Shown here: positions 1 through 9,604 of the stretch, in pieces
Position numbering within the stretch: the stretch's first letter is position 1
Layout of the letters: the number at the start of each line of letters is the position of its first letter
Source of the DNA: Halodesulfurarchaeum sp.
GTDB taxonomy: Archaea > Halobacteriota > Halobacteria > Halobacteriales > Halobacteriaceae
Length of the DNA stretch: 56,502 bases
Assembly: GCA_042216995.1 (NCBI GenBank)
Contig: JBDGTI010000045.1
Location: forward strand, 223-56,724
Reading direction: 5' to 3'
Notes under the pieces: generated by a model
Told to the model about the DNA's origin: nothing
Seen by the model: only the letters and a program-made list of their open reading frames with translations
The model's database searches: none
Translations under genes and position numbers: made by a program

Positions 1-119
1 GTTCCGTCCGTCTCAATTCGTGTGTTCTGGTCATGATCGTGGGAGTGGTCGTGGGAGTGGCCGTGAGAGTGGTCGGGGGAGTGATCGTGACCGCCGTGCC
101 CTCCGCACGCGTCACACAT
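1..119 (-). CDS. 5' part of a His-rich, CxxC-led metal-binding protein, probably a CODH nickel-insertion accessory protein (CooC/HypB-like); truncated by the window edge
   Basis: Manual translation from ATG at 119: MCDACGGHGGHDHSPDHSHGHSHDHSHDHDQNTRIETDG..., open to the window edge. Starts 5 nt after the cooS stop. Not in the ORF track. Confidence 0.75.
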   Translation of the reverse strand, partial: MCDACGGHGGHDHSPDHSHGHSHDHSHDHDQNTRIETDG

Positions 120-124
120 GGTGT

Positions 125-1996
125 TCAGGCCTCCGCAAACCACGCTTCACGACGATCCTCCAGCGTGTTCTCGAGTTTTTCGGCTGCGGTTTCGGGATCT
201 TCTTCCTGGATAGCGTAGCCGCCGGTGATCTCTTCGAGGTCCTCGGTCATAATCTGCGTGACCTCGTCGCTGTGATCCATGTGGAGGGTCGGCGCGGTAT
301 GGAGCGGTAGCCCCAAGGTGAGCGCCCACGTCCCGATGCTGACGGCCTTCTCGGCGATGAGTTCGGGCGCGCTCGCGGCGACTGGCAGATCACGCGTCGG
401 GACACCGGCGTCTTCGGCGATCGCACGAACGACGTTCCCGATACGGGAGTTATCGACGCAGGAACCCATGTGCCAGACCGGCGGCAGGGGGCCGTCGAGC
501 CCCGCCGCCTCTCCGAGATCGTGAAGCACCGTCGCCAGCCCATCGGCCGCGAGTTCGTCGGTCTTGGCGGGGTCGAGGTAGCCGGCCTGGGCAGTGATGT
601 GGCCGATACAACCAGTCACGACCGGGAGGACGTTGTGATCGAGGAGGTGTTCGATGAGCGTTTCGGTCATATCCGCGGTCCGCATCTTCGGGTTCGGACA
701 CCCGACGATACCGACGATGCCACGGAGATCTCCGGACTCCAGCGCGTCGATGAGCGGTCCAGAGGGGTTCTCGGAGTCAACTGATTTGAGGACGTCCAAC
801 ACGAAGTCGTCGGAGACACCAACGAGCGCCGAAGCAGATTCTTCGGGAATCTCGACATCGTAGTTCTGCCGGCTTTGCCGGTCTTCGAACGCTTCGATCG
901 CTCGCTCGACGATTTCGCGGGCGTCTTCTTCGGCGGTCTCGGGATCGAACTCGACGTGCTCGGCACCTGGAATGCGTACATAATCGACAGTCGTGATGAG
1001 CCGCGTGTGGTGACACTCGATGACGTCCCCGATACCGGGCCAGATACATTGGATATCGGCCACCATTGCGTCGAGTGCACCAGTGGTGACGGCGAGTTCA
1101 GCCTGACTGCTATGCGCTGCCAGGGGGATTCCCTGACGCTCGGCCAGTTCGTTTCCGGTACAGCAGATCCCCACCACGTTGATGCCTTCGGCACCAACTT
1201 CTTGGGCTTTCCCCTCGAGGTCCTCGGCGTACTTCACGACCATTTCACTGAGCACCGGTGAATGGCCGTGAACGGCGAGATTGACCTGGTCCTCCTGTAG
1301 CGTCCCGAGGTTGGCATCGGTCTGGACCGGCCGAGGAGTGCCGAACACCACGTCCTGCAAATCAGTCCCCATCGTCAGCCCGGCGTACCCGTCGGCCAGC
1401 CCTGCCCCGAGGGCTCCGGTCAGCAGGTGTTCCGGGTCGGCGTCGTTTCCCTGCGTGGTCCGGTGCATCGCCCGTGCGACCTCCTTGTCGACGCTCGGCA
1501 GCGGTTCGATTCCCTTCTCGGCGAGATGTGCACGCTGCTCGTCGGGCATCCGATCGAGCCAGTTGAGGGACTCCCCTCCTTCCTGGAAGTCCTCGATGGC
1601 GGCCGCCGCGACCCGTTTTGCTACGGTCGTCTCATCCCCGTCAGTATCGATCCCGAGATCGGTCGCGATCCGATTGAGCTTCTCCGGGTCCTGAATGTCG
1701 TACTCGGAGAGTTTCCCATCCGCGATCTCCGAGAGCACAGTCGCGATCTCGCGGGCGTGGTCGGAGTGACTGGCGGCACCGGATGCGATCTCCCGGTAGA
1801 GGTTTCGCGCCGCCACTGTCCCGGGAGTCGCTCCACAGACGCCCCGGTCGGTCCCTCGCTCGCCGTCGCTGACGCGGCAGGGTCCCATATAACAGACCCG
1901 ACAGCAACTTCCCCCGATCCCGAACGGACACTGCGGTTGGCTTTCTTCCAGGCGGTCTTCCGGAAGCTCGTAGTCGGCTGTGTCTGGCGCGCCCAT
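125..1996 (-). CDS. cooS: Anaerobic Ni,Fe carbon-monoxide dehydrogenase catalytic subunit
   Basis: D/B-cluster motif QPQCPFG..GSCCRVCYMGPC..VCGA; C-cluster ligands HGHSP, GICCTGNE, DIQC, VGCPN, TGC, HMGSCVDN; ASHSDH and EKAVSIG. Probable start is ATG 1996 (ORF is open to 2071). Confidence 0.95.
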   Translation of the reverse strand: MGAPDTADYELPEDRLEESQPQCPFGIGGSCCRVCYMGPCRVSDGERGTDRGVCGATPGTVAARNLYREIASGAASHSDHAREIATVLSEIADGKLSEYDIQDPEKLNRIATDLGIDTDGDETTVAKRVAAAAIEDFQEGGESLNWLDRMPDEQRAHLAEKGIEPLPSVDKEVARAMHRTTQGNDADPEHLLTGALGAGLADGYAGLTMGTDLQDVVFGTPRPVQTDANLGTLQEDQVNLAVHGHSPVLSEMVVKYAEDLEGKAQEVGAEGINVVGICCTGNELAERQGIPLAAHSSQAELAVTTGALDAMVADIQCIWPGIGDVIECHHTRLITTVDYVRIPGAEHVEFDPETAEEDAREIVERAIEAFEDRQSRQNYDVEIPEESASALVGVSDDFVLDVLKSVDSENPSGPLIDALESGDLRGIVGIVGCPNPKMRTADMTETLIEHLLDHNVLPVVTGCIGHITAQAGYLDPAKTDELAADGLATVLHDLGEAAGLDGPLPPVWHMGSCVDNSRIGNVVRAIAEDAGVPTRDLPVAASAPELIAEKAVSIGTWALTLGLPLHTAPTLHMDHSDEVTQIMTEDLEEITGGYAIQEEDPETAAEKLENTLEDRREAWFAEA

Positions 1997-2151
1997 TGCA
2001 TCGTATTGTATAGCGTGACATTGGTTAACTTGCCCACCGGTTTTCAGCGCCTGGGAATAACCATGGGTCATGCGGCTTTGGCTGCTGCCCTCCGAAAAAG
2101 AACTTCCCCTCTGAACGTACCTCCCTAGAGAGTTGTCACGCCAACCCGATT

Positions 2152-2190
2152 TGACGTCCTCCCCGCGCTAAAGCGCGAGGTCTTGCGCCT
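2152..2190 (-). mobile_element. Short IS200/IS605-end-like hairpin element (copy A)
   Basis: Minus strand AGGCGCAAGACCTCGCGCTTTAGCGCGGGGAGGACGTCA: a GC-rich stem-loop followed by GAGGACGTCA, resembling haloarchaeal IS605/IS1341 ends. Confidence 0.6.
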
Positions 2191-2264
2191 GTTTGTGCCA
2201 TAACGAAGTCGCGAGGATTGAGGATATGTGAACGTTCAAGCCAACTCGGTATCTGGTGTGTGGT

Positions 2265-2582
2265 ATGGCAGATGAAGAACCAGATGCCCCATCAGAGTAT
2301 GAGCCCTTCCAGAAAGTGGCGGTAAATGGGAATGTTGTTGGGGAACTTCGGGTGAAGCCCGGGGCGCTATTATCTGACATTGAAGACGAAGCGATGAGTG
2401 CGATAGTAACCGCACAATTTGCGGAGGTGGCTCGGGACGGTGAAATAGACATCGAGATGCTCAAAAAGTACGATCCGGAGATACAGATCTGGATGGACCG
2501 GGAAGGCGACGACGAACCGTCCTGGTCATCCGCACGGAACATTTCAGAAACCCGATTCCTTGAGGTCTGTGAGGATCTATAG
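2265..2582 (+). CDS. Acidic hypothetical protein (orphan, lower GC)
   Basis: 105-aa acidic ORF MADEEPDAPSEY...; many A/T-ending codons compared with its neighbours. Confidence 0.6.
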   Translation: MADEEPDAPSEYEPFQKVAVNGNVVGELRVKPGALLSDIEDEAMSAIVTAQFAEVARDGEIDIEMLKKYDPEIQIWMDREGDDEPSWSSARNISETRFLEVCEDL

Positions 2583-2584
2583 GC

Positions 2585-2621
2585 TGACGTCCTCCCCGCC
2601 CTGACGGGCGGGGCTTTCGCT
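2585..2621 (-). mobile_element. Short IS200/IS605-end-like hairpin element (copy B)
   Basis: Minus strand AGCGAAAGCCCCGCCCGTCAGGGCGGGGAGGACGTCA: perfect 8-bp stem (2594-2601/2606-2613) and the same GGGGAGGACGTCA terminus as copy A. Confidence 0.65.
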
Positions 2622-2964
2622 GGCTACCGTCATCGAACCTCCGCGGGAGGCTATACGGGATCCTTCGGGAACCCGGTTCATCCGGACCCGGCGCGTTCGA
2701 CCCGCCGTTCGACACGGGTTCGGGACGATTATGCGGAGACAGCCATGACCTATCCCGAAGATCGCGGGCCCGGTTGGCGAGTGTACCGTACGCTTATTGT
2801 CTCCTGAATCAAGCGCACGAACGTGAACCGGCGCTCGTCTTCCCACGGGCTCCTGGCACCGCACCGAGGACGGGTCCGAACCCGCTCACGCCGACGGCGC
2901 TCTCGACGACCGTTCGGTGGCGAGGGCCCCGCCGTAACCGGTGGGACGTGGGGGTGATATCACG

Positions 2965-3231
2965 ATGTGCTTGAGAGACGACCCCGAAAGCGGCACCGCC
3001 GACCGCTCACTCCTCGGATGGGTACTTTGGGGCAGCGCATTCATCGGAATCCCGCTCGCGAGTGCGGGTGGGATCACGGCAGTGCTTGCACTCAGTTGGC
3101 CAGCGCTATGGATCTCCCCCGACCAAGTGGTTGCCGTTGGGCTCTCATTGACCGTCATCGGGATCATACCAGTCAGCTTGGTGGTGATGCGAAATCGCCT
3201 TCTGACACCGGGTCGAACGGGGCGGGACTGA
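2965..3231 (+). CDS. Small membrane hypothetical protein
   Basis: Two to three hydrophobic segments; no recognised family. Confidence 0.4.
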   Translation: MCLRDDPESGTADRSLLGWVLWGSAFIGIPLASAGGITAVLALSWPALWISPDQVVAVGLSLTVIGIIPVSLVVMRNRLLTPGRTGRD

Positions 3232-3302
3232 ATCGGGCCCTTTCGCGGTTCGCACCGTGATCGGACTGTTCGACTGCCCGCGGTGAGCCGAAAATTGACG
3301 GT

Positions 3303-3614
3303 CTACTCGTCGAGGTGGTCGATTCCGACCTTCGAGACGTTGGCCTCCGAGACCTCCTCGCCGAGCCAGTCAGGGCCGTCCTCCGGCGCCGGTTCGGTCC
3401 AGGCCCACGCCTCGTAGATGTGGACCTTGTCCGTGCCCCGCTCGCGAAGCTTGAGTTCCTTGCGAGGGGCGTCCGCCTCGGAGTTGCCTGTTTCCTCGAG
3501 GCGACGTGCGGCCTTCAACGCGGCTTGCCGGGGCACGTTCCCGGTGAAAACGCTGGTCTCAGTTCCGTCGTCTTCCCGAAGGACGAAATTTCGTTTGCCG
3601 TCTTCTCGGACCAT
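3303..3614 (-). CDS. Non-histone chromosomal protein MC1
   Basis: KRNFVLRE..SVFTG..PRQAALKAARR..LRERGTDKVHIYEAW..ANVSK signature. Confidence 0.92.
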   Translation of the reverse strand: MVREDGKRNFVLREDDGTETSVFTGNVPRQAALKAARRLEETGNSEADAPRKELKLRERGTDKVHIYEAWAWTEPAPEDGPDWLGEEVSEANVSKVGIDHLDE

Positions 3615-4199
3615 GCTCGGATTGTGACACTCAATTCACATAAAGGTAGGGTGTCTCAGACGGGGTACTTGAGCGGAATGTCGAACGCAGACGATCACAG
3701 TGTAAGCTGATTGCCTACTTCGGATCGAATTGGCCGGGTAGATCTGTGGATCATCGACGGGGTTCGATCGTCCGCAACATGACGATCTCCGGCAGTATTC
3801 CCACCCGCAGTCTGCACGGGGTCATACACGCGGCCCCGACACCGTCGAGGAGATCACCGAGGAGCCGACCAATCCCCTGGTCTGTCCGACAGATATCGTG
3901 ATTACAGATGACACGTCCAGTATGAAATATTGGGAGTATAATAATCTATAATTCAATCTGAGCCATAATTCTTAAATTCTCTCGCACTAATATACGTATA
4001 TGTTGAAAACAGCGAGCAGCCAGATCGCGTCCCGAGTCAAGCAGCACCTCCGCACCGAGAACAGTACCCTTCCACAGCGCGTCCAGATCGTCAAGACCCG
4101 CCGCCAGCGCAAGCACGGCGACACGCGCTGATCCGCCACCGCAACGGGCGGCACCGGAGAGCGCGAAGATGGGGAGGCGCTGAGACAACCGGGGCAGTC

Positions 4200-5390
4200 T
4201 CAGCACTCGGCCCGCTGGAGTTCGAATCGAACGGTCGTCCCGGCCGAAGACGTCTGAAACGAGAGATTCCCATCCGACGCATCGGTGACCCATTTCATCA
4301 TCCAGAGTCCGATCCCGTGCCCGTGTGAGAGTGCATCTTCGGATCCCCGATCGAGTACGTCCAGTTCACTTTCCGGGATTCCCGATCCATTATCGGCGAC
4401 GGTCACCACGACAGCGTCCTCGTCTGTTTGGACTCGAACCGTGAGCGTGAGTGGCCTCTCTTCGACGTGATCACGCGCATTTTGAATCGCCTCGGTGATC
4501 GCCGATCCGATCAGAGGATGGGCACGTACCATCACCGAATCGGGGATCTCCGTCGTGAGCAGTATATCGGAATCATCCACCCTGGATTTTGCAACGGCCG
4601 TCCGGAGTTCCTGGCCGATGTCGACCGTCGTTTGCTCCCTCCGGAACAGGCCGTGCTCGTCGAGGGAGACCATCTTTTCGGTGTGTTGCAGAACACGCTC
4701 TATCGAACGAGTTGATCGCTGATACCACTCTTTCGCGTCACCGCTCTCTATCCGAGAGTTGAGCATCTCGAGGTATCCCTGTGCGACCCCGAGTTCGTTT
4801 CGGACGTTGTGCCGCAAAACCCGATTGAAGACCTGCAATCGCTGTTGGAGCCGGGACGTTTGGTACTGGTTCGTTTCCAGTTCGGTCTGGCGGGCAACGA
4901 TCCCGTCCATTGCAACTCCCGTCGGTGCGCCGATGACGGCCCCGATCGACAGCGACGTCGTCACTGCGAATCGCCAGTCGATACGATACAGCACCGCCTG
5001 TGAGTGTTCGAGGAGAATCAGGAATACAGTCCCCGTTACGATCGCCATGAAGACGATGCTGACGATGACCGAACTCGCATGTTTCTGTGTGCTTCTATCG
5101 GCCCGGGTCGTCCACCAGCCGATGAGGAGAAGGGAGACCGCGGCCCCAATCGGGATGAGCAGACGGGAGGCTGCGACCGGCGTGGGTCCCTCCACGAGAC
5201 CCACGGCAAGCACCCCGAACGAAATGGCGAGAAACGTCAGCACGAGCGGTGGCCGTCCCGGGATGAGGTGATATCCGGATCGCAACTCGCGAATGAGATA
5301 CGATTCGGCGTGCGGTCCCACGTCCCGTTCCTGGGGGCCCGGACCGCTCTCATCGTTTCCCCCGGCGATTTCCCCCATCACACCCATCAC
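4200..5390 (-). CDS. Membrane-bound sensor histidine kinase
   Basis: About 4 TM helices, haloarchaeal H-box VLRHNVRNEL, N-box EAIQNA, G1 DNGSGIP, G2 GHGIGL. Confidence 0.88.
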   Translation of the reverse strand: MMGVMGEIAGGNDESGPGPQERDVGPHAESYLIRELRSGYHLIPGRPPLVLTFLAISFGVLAVGLVEGPTPVAASRLLIPIGAAVSLLLIGWWTTRADRSTQKHASSVIVSIVFMAIVTGTVFLILLEHSQAVLYRIDWRFAVTTSLSIGAVIGAPTGVAMDGIVARQTELETNQYQTSRLQQRLQVFNRVLRHNVRNELGVAQGYLEMLNSRIESGDAKEWYQRSTRSIERVLQHTEKMVSLDEHGLFRREQTTVDIGQELRTAVAKSRVDDSDILLTTEIPDSVMVRAHPLIGSAITEAIQNARDHVEERPLTLTVRVQTDEDAVVVTVADNGSGIPESELDVLDRGSEDALSHGHGIGLWMMKWVTDASDGNLSFQTSSAGTTVRFELQRAEC

Positions 5391-5503
5391 CTATCTCTTT
5401 TTAGCTCCATCGCCCATATAAAAATTGATGGCGAGAGGCCGAATGACGTCTATTCTGACAATTTCACGGTATTCCTATATAAGTGGGAGTGATATCATGT
5501 CGT

Positions 5504-6064
5504 ATGAGTTCGATGGATGACGGGGCCGATTTCGGGGACGTCTTCGATCAACTCGAACGACTGTCCGAAACGGTCGACACGCCGGCGGAACGCGAACAGG
5601 TCGAGGAAACGATGCGAATGGCCGTGGAGGCGTCCAGGAACGACACGCCGCTCGGCACGGTCATCTGGGGATTCGACCGGGCCGATGCCGTCGAGGCGTT
5701 CATCGGTAGCCTGCTGTTCGGAATTCCGATGGCAGTCGAAGGCGGGACGAAAGAGATCGGGGCCCATCTGAGTACCCATCCGCTGTCACTCCTCGGGACT
5801 GGGTTGGTCTCGATCGGACTTACCACGGGCGTTCTATACATCGCCGAAATCCAGGACGTTCGCATCAAACACCGTCTGTTCGGTCTGATCCCCTGGCGCC
5901 TGGCCGGCGTTCTCTCCATCTCGTTTCTGACGGCATCCGTGATGCTGACAGCGTGGGGACGCATCAGTTGGGGGGACCCCGTGATGGCCCTCTCCAGTGT
6001 CGTAATCGCATTTCTCCCGATGTCGATCGGCGCAGCACTGGGGGATATCCTCCCTGGAAGCTGA
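5504..6064 (+). CDS. DUF2391-like membrane protein
   Basis: Acidic N-terminus, FDRADAVEAFIGSLLFGIPMAVEGG, C-terminal IGAALGDILPG; TATA-like TATATAA at ~5477. Confidence 0.7.
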   Translation: MSSMDDGADFGDVFDQLERLSETVDTPAEREQVEETMRMAVEASRNDTPLGTVIWGFDRADAVEAFIGSLLFGIPMAVEGGTKEIGAHLSTHPLSLLGTGLVSIGLTTGVLYIAEIQDVRIKHRLFGLIPWRLAGVLSISFLTASVMLTAWGRISWGDPVMALSSVVIAFLPMSIGAALGDILPGS

Positions 6065-6306
6065 TTCGGAACCCTCGAACCCGATTCCGGTTTGCCGGAT
6101 TCGAACTGTCGGGACGTTCGTTCGAGACTCGTATTTATACTATATTTGACTACTTTATTCGCGGGAACAAGACCTTTTTCTTATAGAAAAGCGGTAACCC
6201 GCCGTAAACTTTCAGCCGGTGCACGACGGTCAACACCGGTTCCCCAGGCAGCCACCACTGGCTACCCGGCCCCAAAATCCTTTGTCCAGCCGCGAGTTCA
6301 CCCCCT

Positions 6307-6993
6307 GTGACCCTCGATACCGACCGGATCACGACCCTCACCTTCGACTCGTACAGCACGCTGGTGGACGTCGACGCCGCCGAGCGGGCACTCGCGGAGC
6401 ACGTGGACACCCCGGAACCGATCTCCCGGCTGTGGCGGGCGCGATCGCTCGAGTACACCTTCGTGGCGAATCACATCGACGCGTACCAGCCATTCTACGG
6501 GATGAACCGTGATGCCCTCCAGTACGCACTTGATGCCCACGGCGTGGAAGTGTCCGAGGACGAACGGGAGGAGATCCTCGCCGTCTACCACGAACTGGAT
6601 GTGTTCGACGACGTCACGCCCGGACTGCGCGATCTGCGTGATCTGGGGATCGATTGCTATGTCGTCTCGAACGGGAACCCCGAAATGCTCGACTCGATGA
6701 TCGAACACGCGGGGATCGGCGACCTGATCGAGGACACAATCAGTGCCGAGGAGATCCGGACGTTCAAGCCCCATGTCGACCTGTATCGTCACGCCGCGTC
6801 CCGGACGGGAACCCCAATCGAGAACATCGCACACGTCTCGGCCGGATGGTTCGATGTCCAAGGGGCGATGCACGCCGGGATGCAGGGGGTCTGGGTCGAT
6901 CGAAAGGACGAGCCCTGGGAACCCTTCGACGGGGCACCGGACCTGACGATCGAGACGTTCTTCGACCTGGTCGATCACCTCGAGGGGGCCTGA
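6307..6993 (+). CDS. Haloacid dehalogenase type II (HAD superfamily)
   Basis: TFDSYSTLVD motif I, VSNG, FKPH, HVSAGWFDV. Confidence 0.88.
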   Translation: MTLDTDRITTLTFDSYSTLVDVDAAERALAEHVDTPEPISRLWRARSLEYTFVANHIDAYQPFYGMNRDALQYALDAHGVEVSEDEREEILAVYHELDVFDDVTPGLRDLRDLGIDCYVVSNGNPEMLDSMIEHAGIGDLIEDTISAEEIRTFKPHVDLYRHAASRTGTPIENIAHVSAGWFDVQGAMHAGMQGVWVDRKDEPWEPFDGAPDLTIETFFDLVDHLEGA

Positions 6994-7337
6994 ACCGGTT
7001 TCACGAGTCCTCCGCGCTGGGGTCGCCGAACTGCTCCGGGAAATAATTTATAATATTTCCATAATTCCCTGGTGGGTAAAACCAACAAATAATTTTAATT
7101 TATCACGGAGGGGTCGATTCCCGGTCTGTCGTACTCGACGGGGGACACGCCGGATTCTCACGGGTCCGGGGGCGAGTCCACGGAGAGTCCTCACCAGATC
7201 ACGGACGACTGGATGGCACCCAGAGCCCCCGGTTCTGGTGACGCCCCTTCCGAGTGCCCCGTCGGGGGCGACGGAAGTGGGAGTGGTTGACAGATACACC
7301 ACATTGATAATGATAGGCGATATGAATTGTTCGTGTG

Positions 7338-7847
7338 ATGGTATCTACAACGGAAGACGACTCGGCTGAAGCCGACCGTTCCGAGTCGGAACGGGAAGCA
7401 CTCCGATTGATCCGAGAGAACGATGGGATCTATCAGAGCCAACTGTGGAAGGCCCTTGACACCTCGAGCCGAACGGGATCGCGAATCGCGAAATCGCTTG
7501 CCGAGTCGGGGGTCATAACCCGGACGGAGACGACACATAACGGCCGCAAGACCTACGAATTGGAGATCGCAGCGTCCGGGACGCCCGAGAGCCGTTCTCC
7601 CGCTGAGACCCGGGAACCGTCCCTCCCGTCCGAGCTGGAGGGGGCATCTCCGTTGGTGAAATCCATCGTCTCGTTCTTGCAGTCGCGGGGCGAAGTGCCG
7701 ATCACGCGGGTCGACCGCGAAGTCGATGGGACGCCACAGGAGGTCGATGAGGCGATGCGGGAGTTGATCGAGCGGGACATCGTATCGATCGAGCGGAAAA
7801 CCCTGTACGGGCGAGAACAGGACGTCGTCTCGTATCTCGGTGTGTGA
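7338..7847 (+). CDS. Winged-helix (MarR-like) transcriptional regulator with two HTH-like regions
   Basis: GIYQSQLWKALDTSSRTGSRIAKSLAESGVITR HTH; second wHTH-like segment at the C-terminus. Confidence 0.75.
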   Translation: MVSTTEDDSAEADRSESEREALRLIRENDGIYQSQLWKALDTSSRTGSRIAKSLAESGVITRTETTHNGRKTYELEIAASGTPESRSPAETREPSLPSELEGASPLVKSIVSFLQSRGEVPITRVDREVDGTPQEVDEAMRELIERDIVSIERKTLYGREQDVVSYLGV

Positions 7848-8114
7848 CGGTCGCCCCGGCACCGGCAGACGGGCGATCGGATCGCCGCTCTGCACGGCTT
7901 CCGTCATCGCGAAATGGGGGATCCCTGTTCGTTGTCCTGAATCGGGGGAATCCGGATCCGTGATTGCTACCGATCCGCGTGCCCTTCCTATTGTTCGTAT
8001 GATATTTGTGAACCAGTGGCGGCTTTCGGACTGGGATGGGAGGATTCAAGGGCCGGACGGAAAACCTTCGAACGTTGGGGCGAATCGACTCTCTCGATTC
8101 GACCGGAGGAGACG

Positions 8115-9320
8115 ATGACAGAGGACACACACTCAAGTACACGCGCACCCTGGTCGTCGCCCCGATTTCACGTCATTCTCGCCAACTCCCTGATTGGGGT
8201 CATGGGCGTATCGCTCTTGAGCCCGGTGTTACCGGCGCTCCAAGCGGTCTTCGGCGTCAGCGACACACAGATCGGACTCCTGATTACGGTGTTTACCATC
8301 CCCGGGGTCCTCATCACGCCCTTCGTGGGGATCGCGGCCGACAAATTGGGACGACGCCTCACGCTCGTTCCGCTCCTGGTGCTCTTCGGTCTGGCGGGCT
8401 CGGCGATCGCGTTCACCCGGACCTATCAGCAGGTGTTACTCCTCAGGTTCGTCCAGGGAATCGGAGGCAGCGCGTTGGTTTCGCTGTCCCTGACGCTCGC
8501 GGGAGATTACTACGAGGGGTCCCGGCAGCGAACCGTGATCGGGCTCAACAGCAGTGCACTTGGGATCGGCGCAGCGATCTTCCCGCTCGTCGGCGGGGTC
8601 CTCGCCGGCATCCGGTGGGAGGCGCCGTTTCTCTTTTTCGGGGTGAGCATTCTGGTCGGTCTGGTGGCGATTCCGCTGGTCGAAAACAAACCGTCGAGGG
8701 CGAGCACCTCGATACGGTCCCACCTCGAACAGATCTGGGACGTCGCGACCCAGCGAACGGCCTTCGCCGTCTACCTCGCGGCCTTCTCGACGTTCTTCCT
8801 GTACTATGGGACTGTGCTCACTGCCATTCCCCTGTTGCTGTCCGGCAAATACGGCACCCAGGAACCGTACCTCGGGATCATCATCTCGGTCGTCTCGGTC
8901 TCGAACGCCCTCGTTGCGGCCCGCTACGGACGGCTTCAGTCCATCTTCGAGCGGAACACCTTGATCATCGCCGGGTTCCTCCTGAACGGCGTCGCGCTAC
9001 TTGCCGTTCGACCGGCCCACTCGCCCCTTCACATCGCGTCGCTTCTCGTCGTCTACGGCATCGGGTTCGGGCTGATCATGCCCTCGCTGAACAGCGCGAT
9101 CGTGAACATCGCGAGCGCCGAGCAACGGGCGAGTATGTTGGGGGTGAACACGGCGGTACTCCGCCTGGGCCAGACGCTCGGTCCGCTCGCTGTCCCCGCT
9201 CTTGCCGAGTTGTTCTTCCCGACAGCCGTCATCGGCTATCAGACCGTGCTGCCGGCGTTCGGAATCGTGGCGATCCTTCTCGGTGCCGGAATTGGGACCG
9301 TGATCCTCACCCAGGATTGA
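8115..9320 (+). CDS. MFS transporter
   Basis: 12-TM pattern, motif A GIAADKLGRR, LRFVQGIG; GGAGG SD before ATG 8115. Confidence 0.9.
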   Translation: MTEDTHSSTRAPWSSPRFHVILANSLIGVMGVSLLSPVLPALQAVFGVSDTQIGLLITVFTIPGVLITPFVGIAADKLGRRLTLVPLLVLFGLAGSAIAFTRTYQQVLLLRFVQGIGGSALVSLSLTLAGDYYEGSRQRTVIGLNSSALGIGAAIFPLVGGVLAGIRWEAPFLFFGVSILVGLVAIPLVENKPSRASTSIRSHLEQIWDVATQRTAFAVYLAAFSTFFLYYGTVLTAIPLLLSGKYGTQEPYLGIIISVVSVSNALVAARYGRLQSIFERNTLIIAGFLLNGVALLAVRPAHSPLHIASLLVVYGIGFGLIMPSLNSAIVNIASAEQRASMLGVNTAVLRLGQTLGPLAVPALAELFFPTAVIGYQTVLPAFGIVAILLGAGIGTVILTQD

Positions 9321-9361
9321 TCGCGCCGAACCGTTAAGGGCGTCCCCGACGTGGTTCGGGT

Positions 9362-9544
9362 ATGGGCATCAAGCCGGACCGGATCATCGAGTTGGGCGAT
9401 TCGCTCCTGGGACAGCATCACAACACGTTCGGCGAGGACTTCGAGGCCAACAAGGAACTCGTCCAGCAGCTGACGGACGTCGAATCCCAGAAGGTACGCA
9501 ACCGGGTCGCGGGATACATCACCCGGAAACTCCGGGGTCAGTGA
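9362..9544 (+). CDS. rps17e: 30S ribosomal protein S17e (possibly a paralog)
   Basis: F..DFE.NK..V..LT.V.S.KVRNRVAGYITR signature. Confidence 0.85.
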   Translation: MGIKPDRIIELGDSLLGQHHNTFGEDFEANKELVQQLTDVESQKVRNRVAGYITRKLRGQ

Positions 9545-9604
9545 TCCGGAGCCGGGGCCTCCCGGAACCGGGATCATTTTACCCTGGACTCGAAAGCGAT
9601 AGCC

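Noticed and set aside
2013-2141. CooA-like site (GCGTGACA...TGTCACGC) upstream of cooS
   Set aside because: The half-sites are 113 nt apart and in the wrong arrangement for a CRP-family dimer site; an 8-bp match can arise by chance.
3920-4010. Replication origin
   Set aside because: No ORB/G-string repeats or orc1/cdc6 gene seen.
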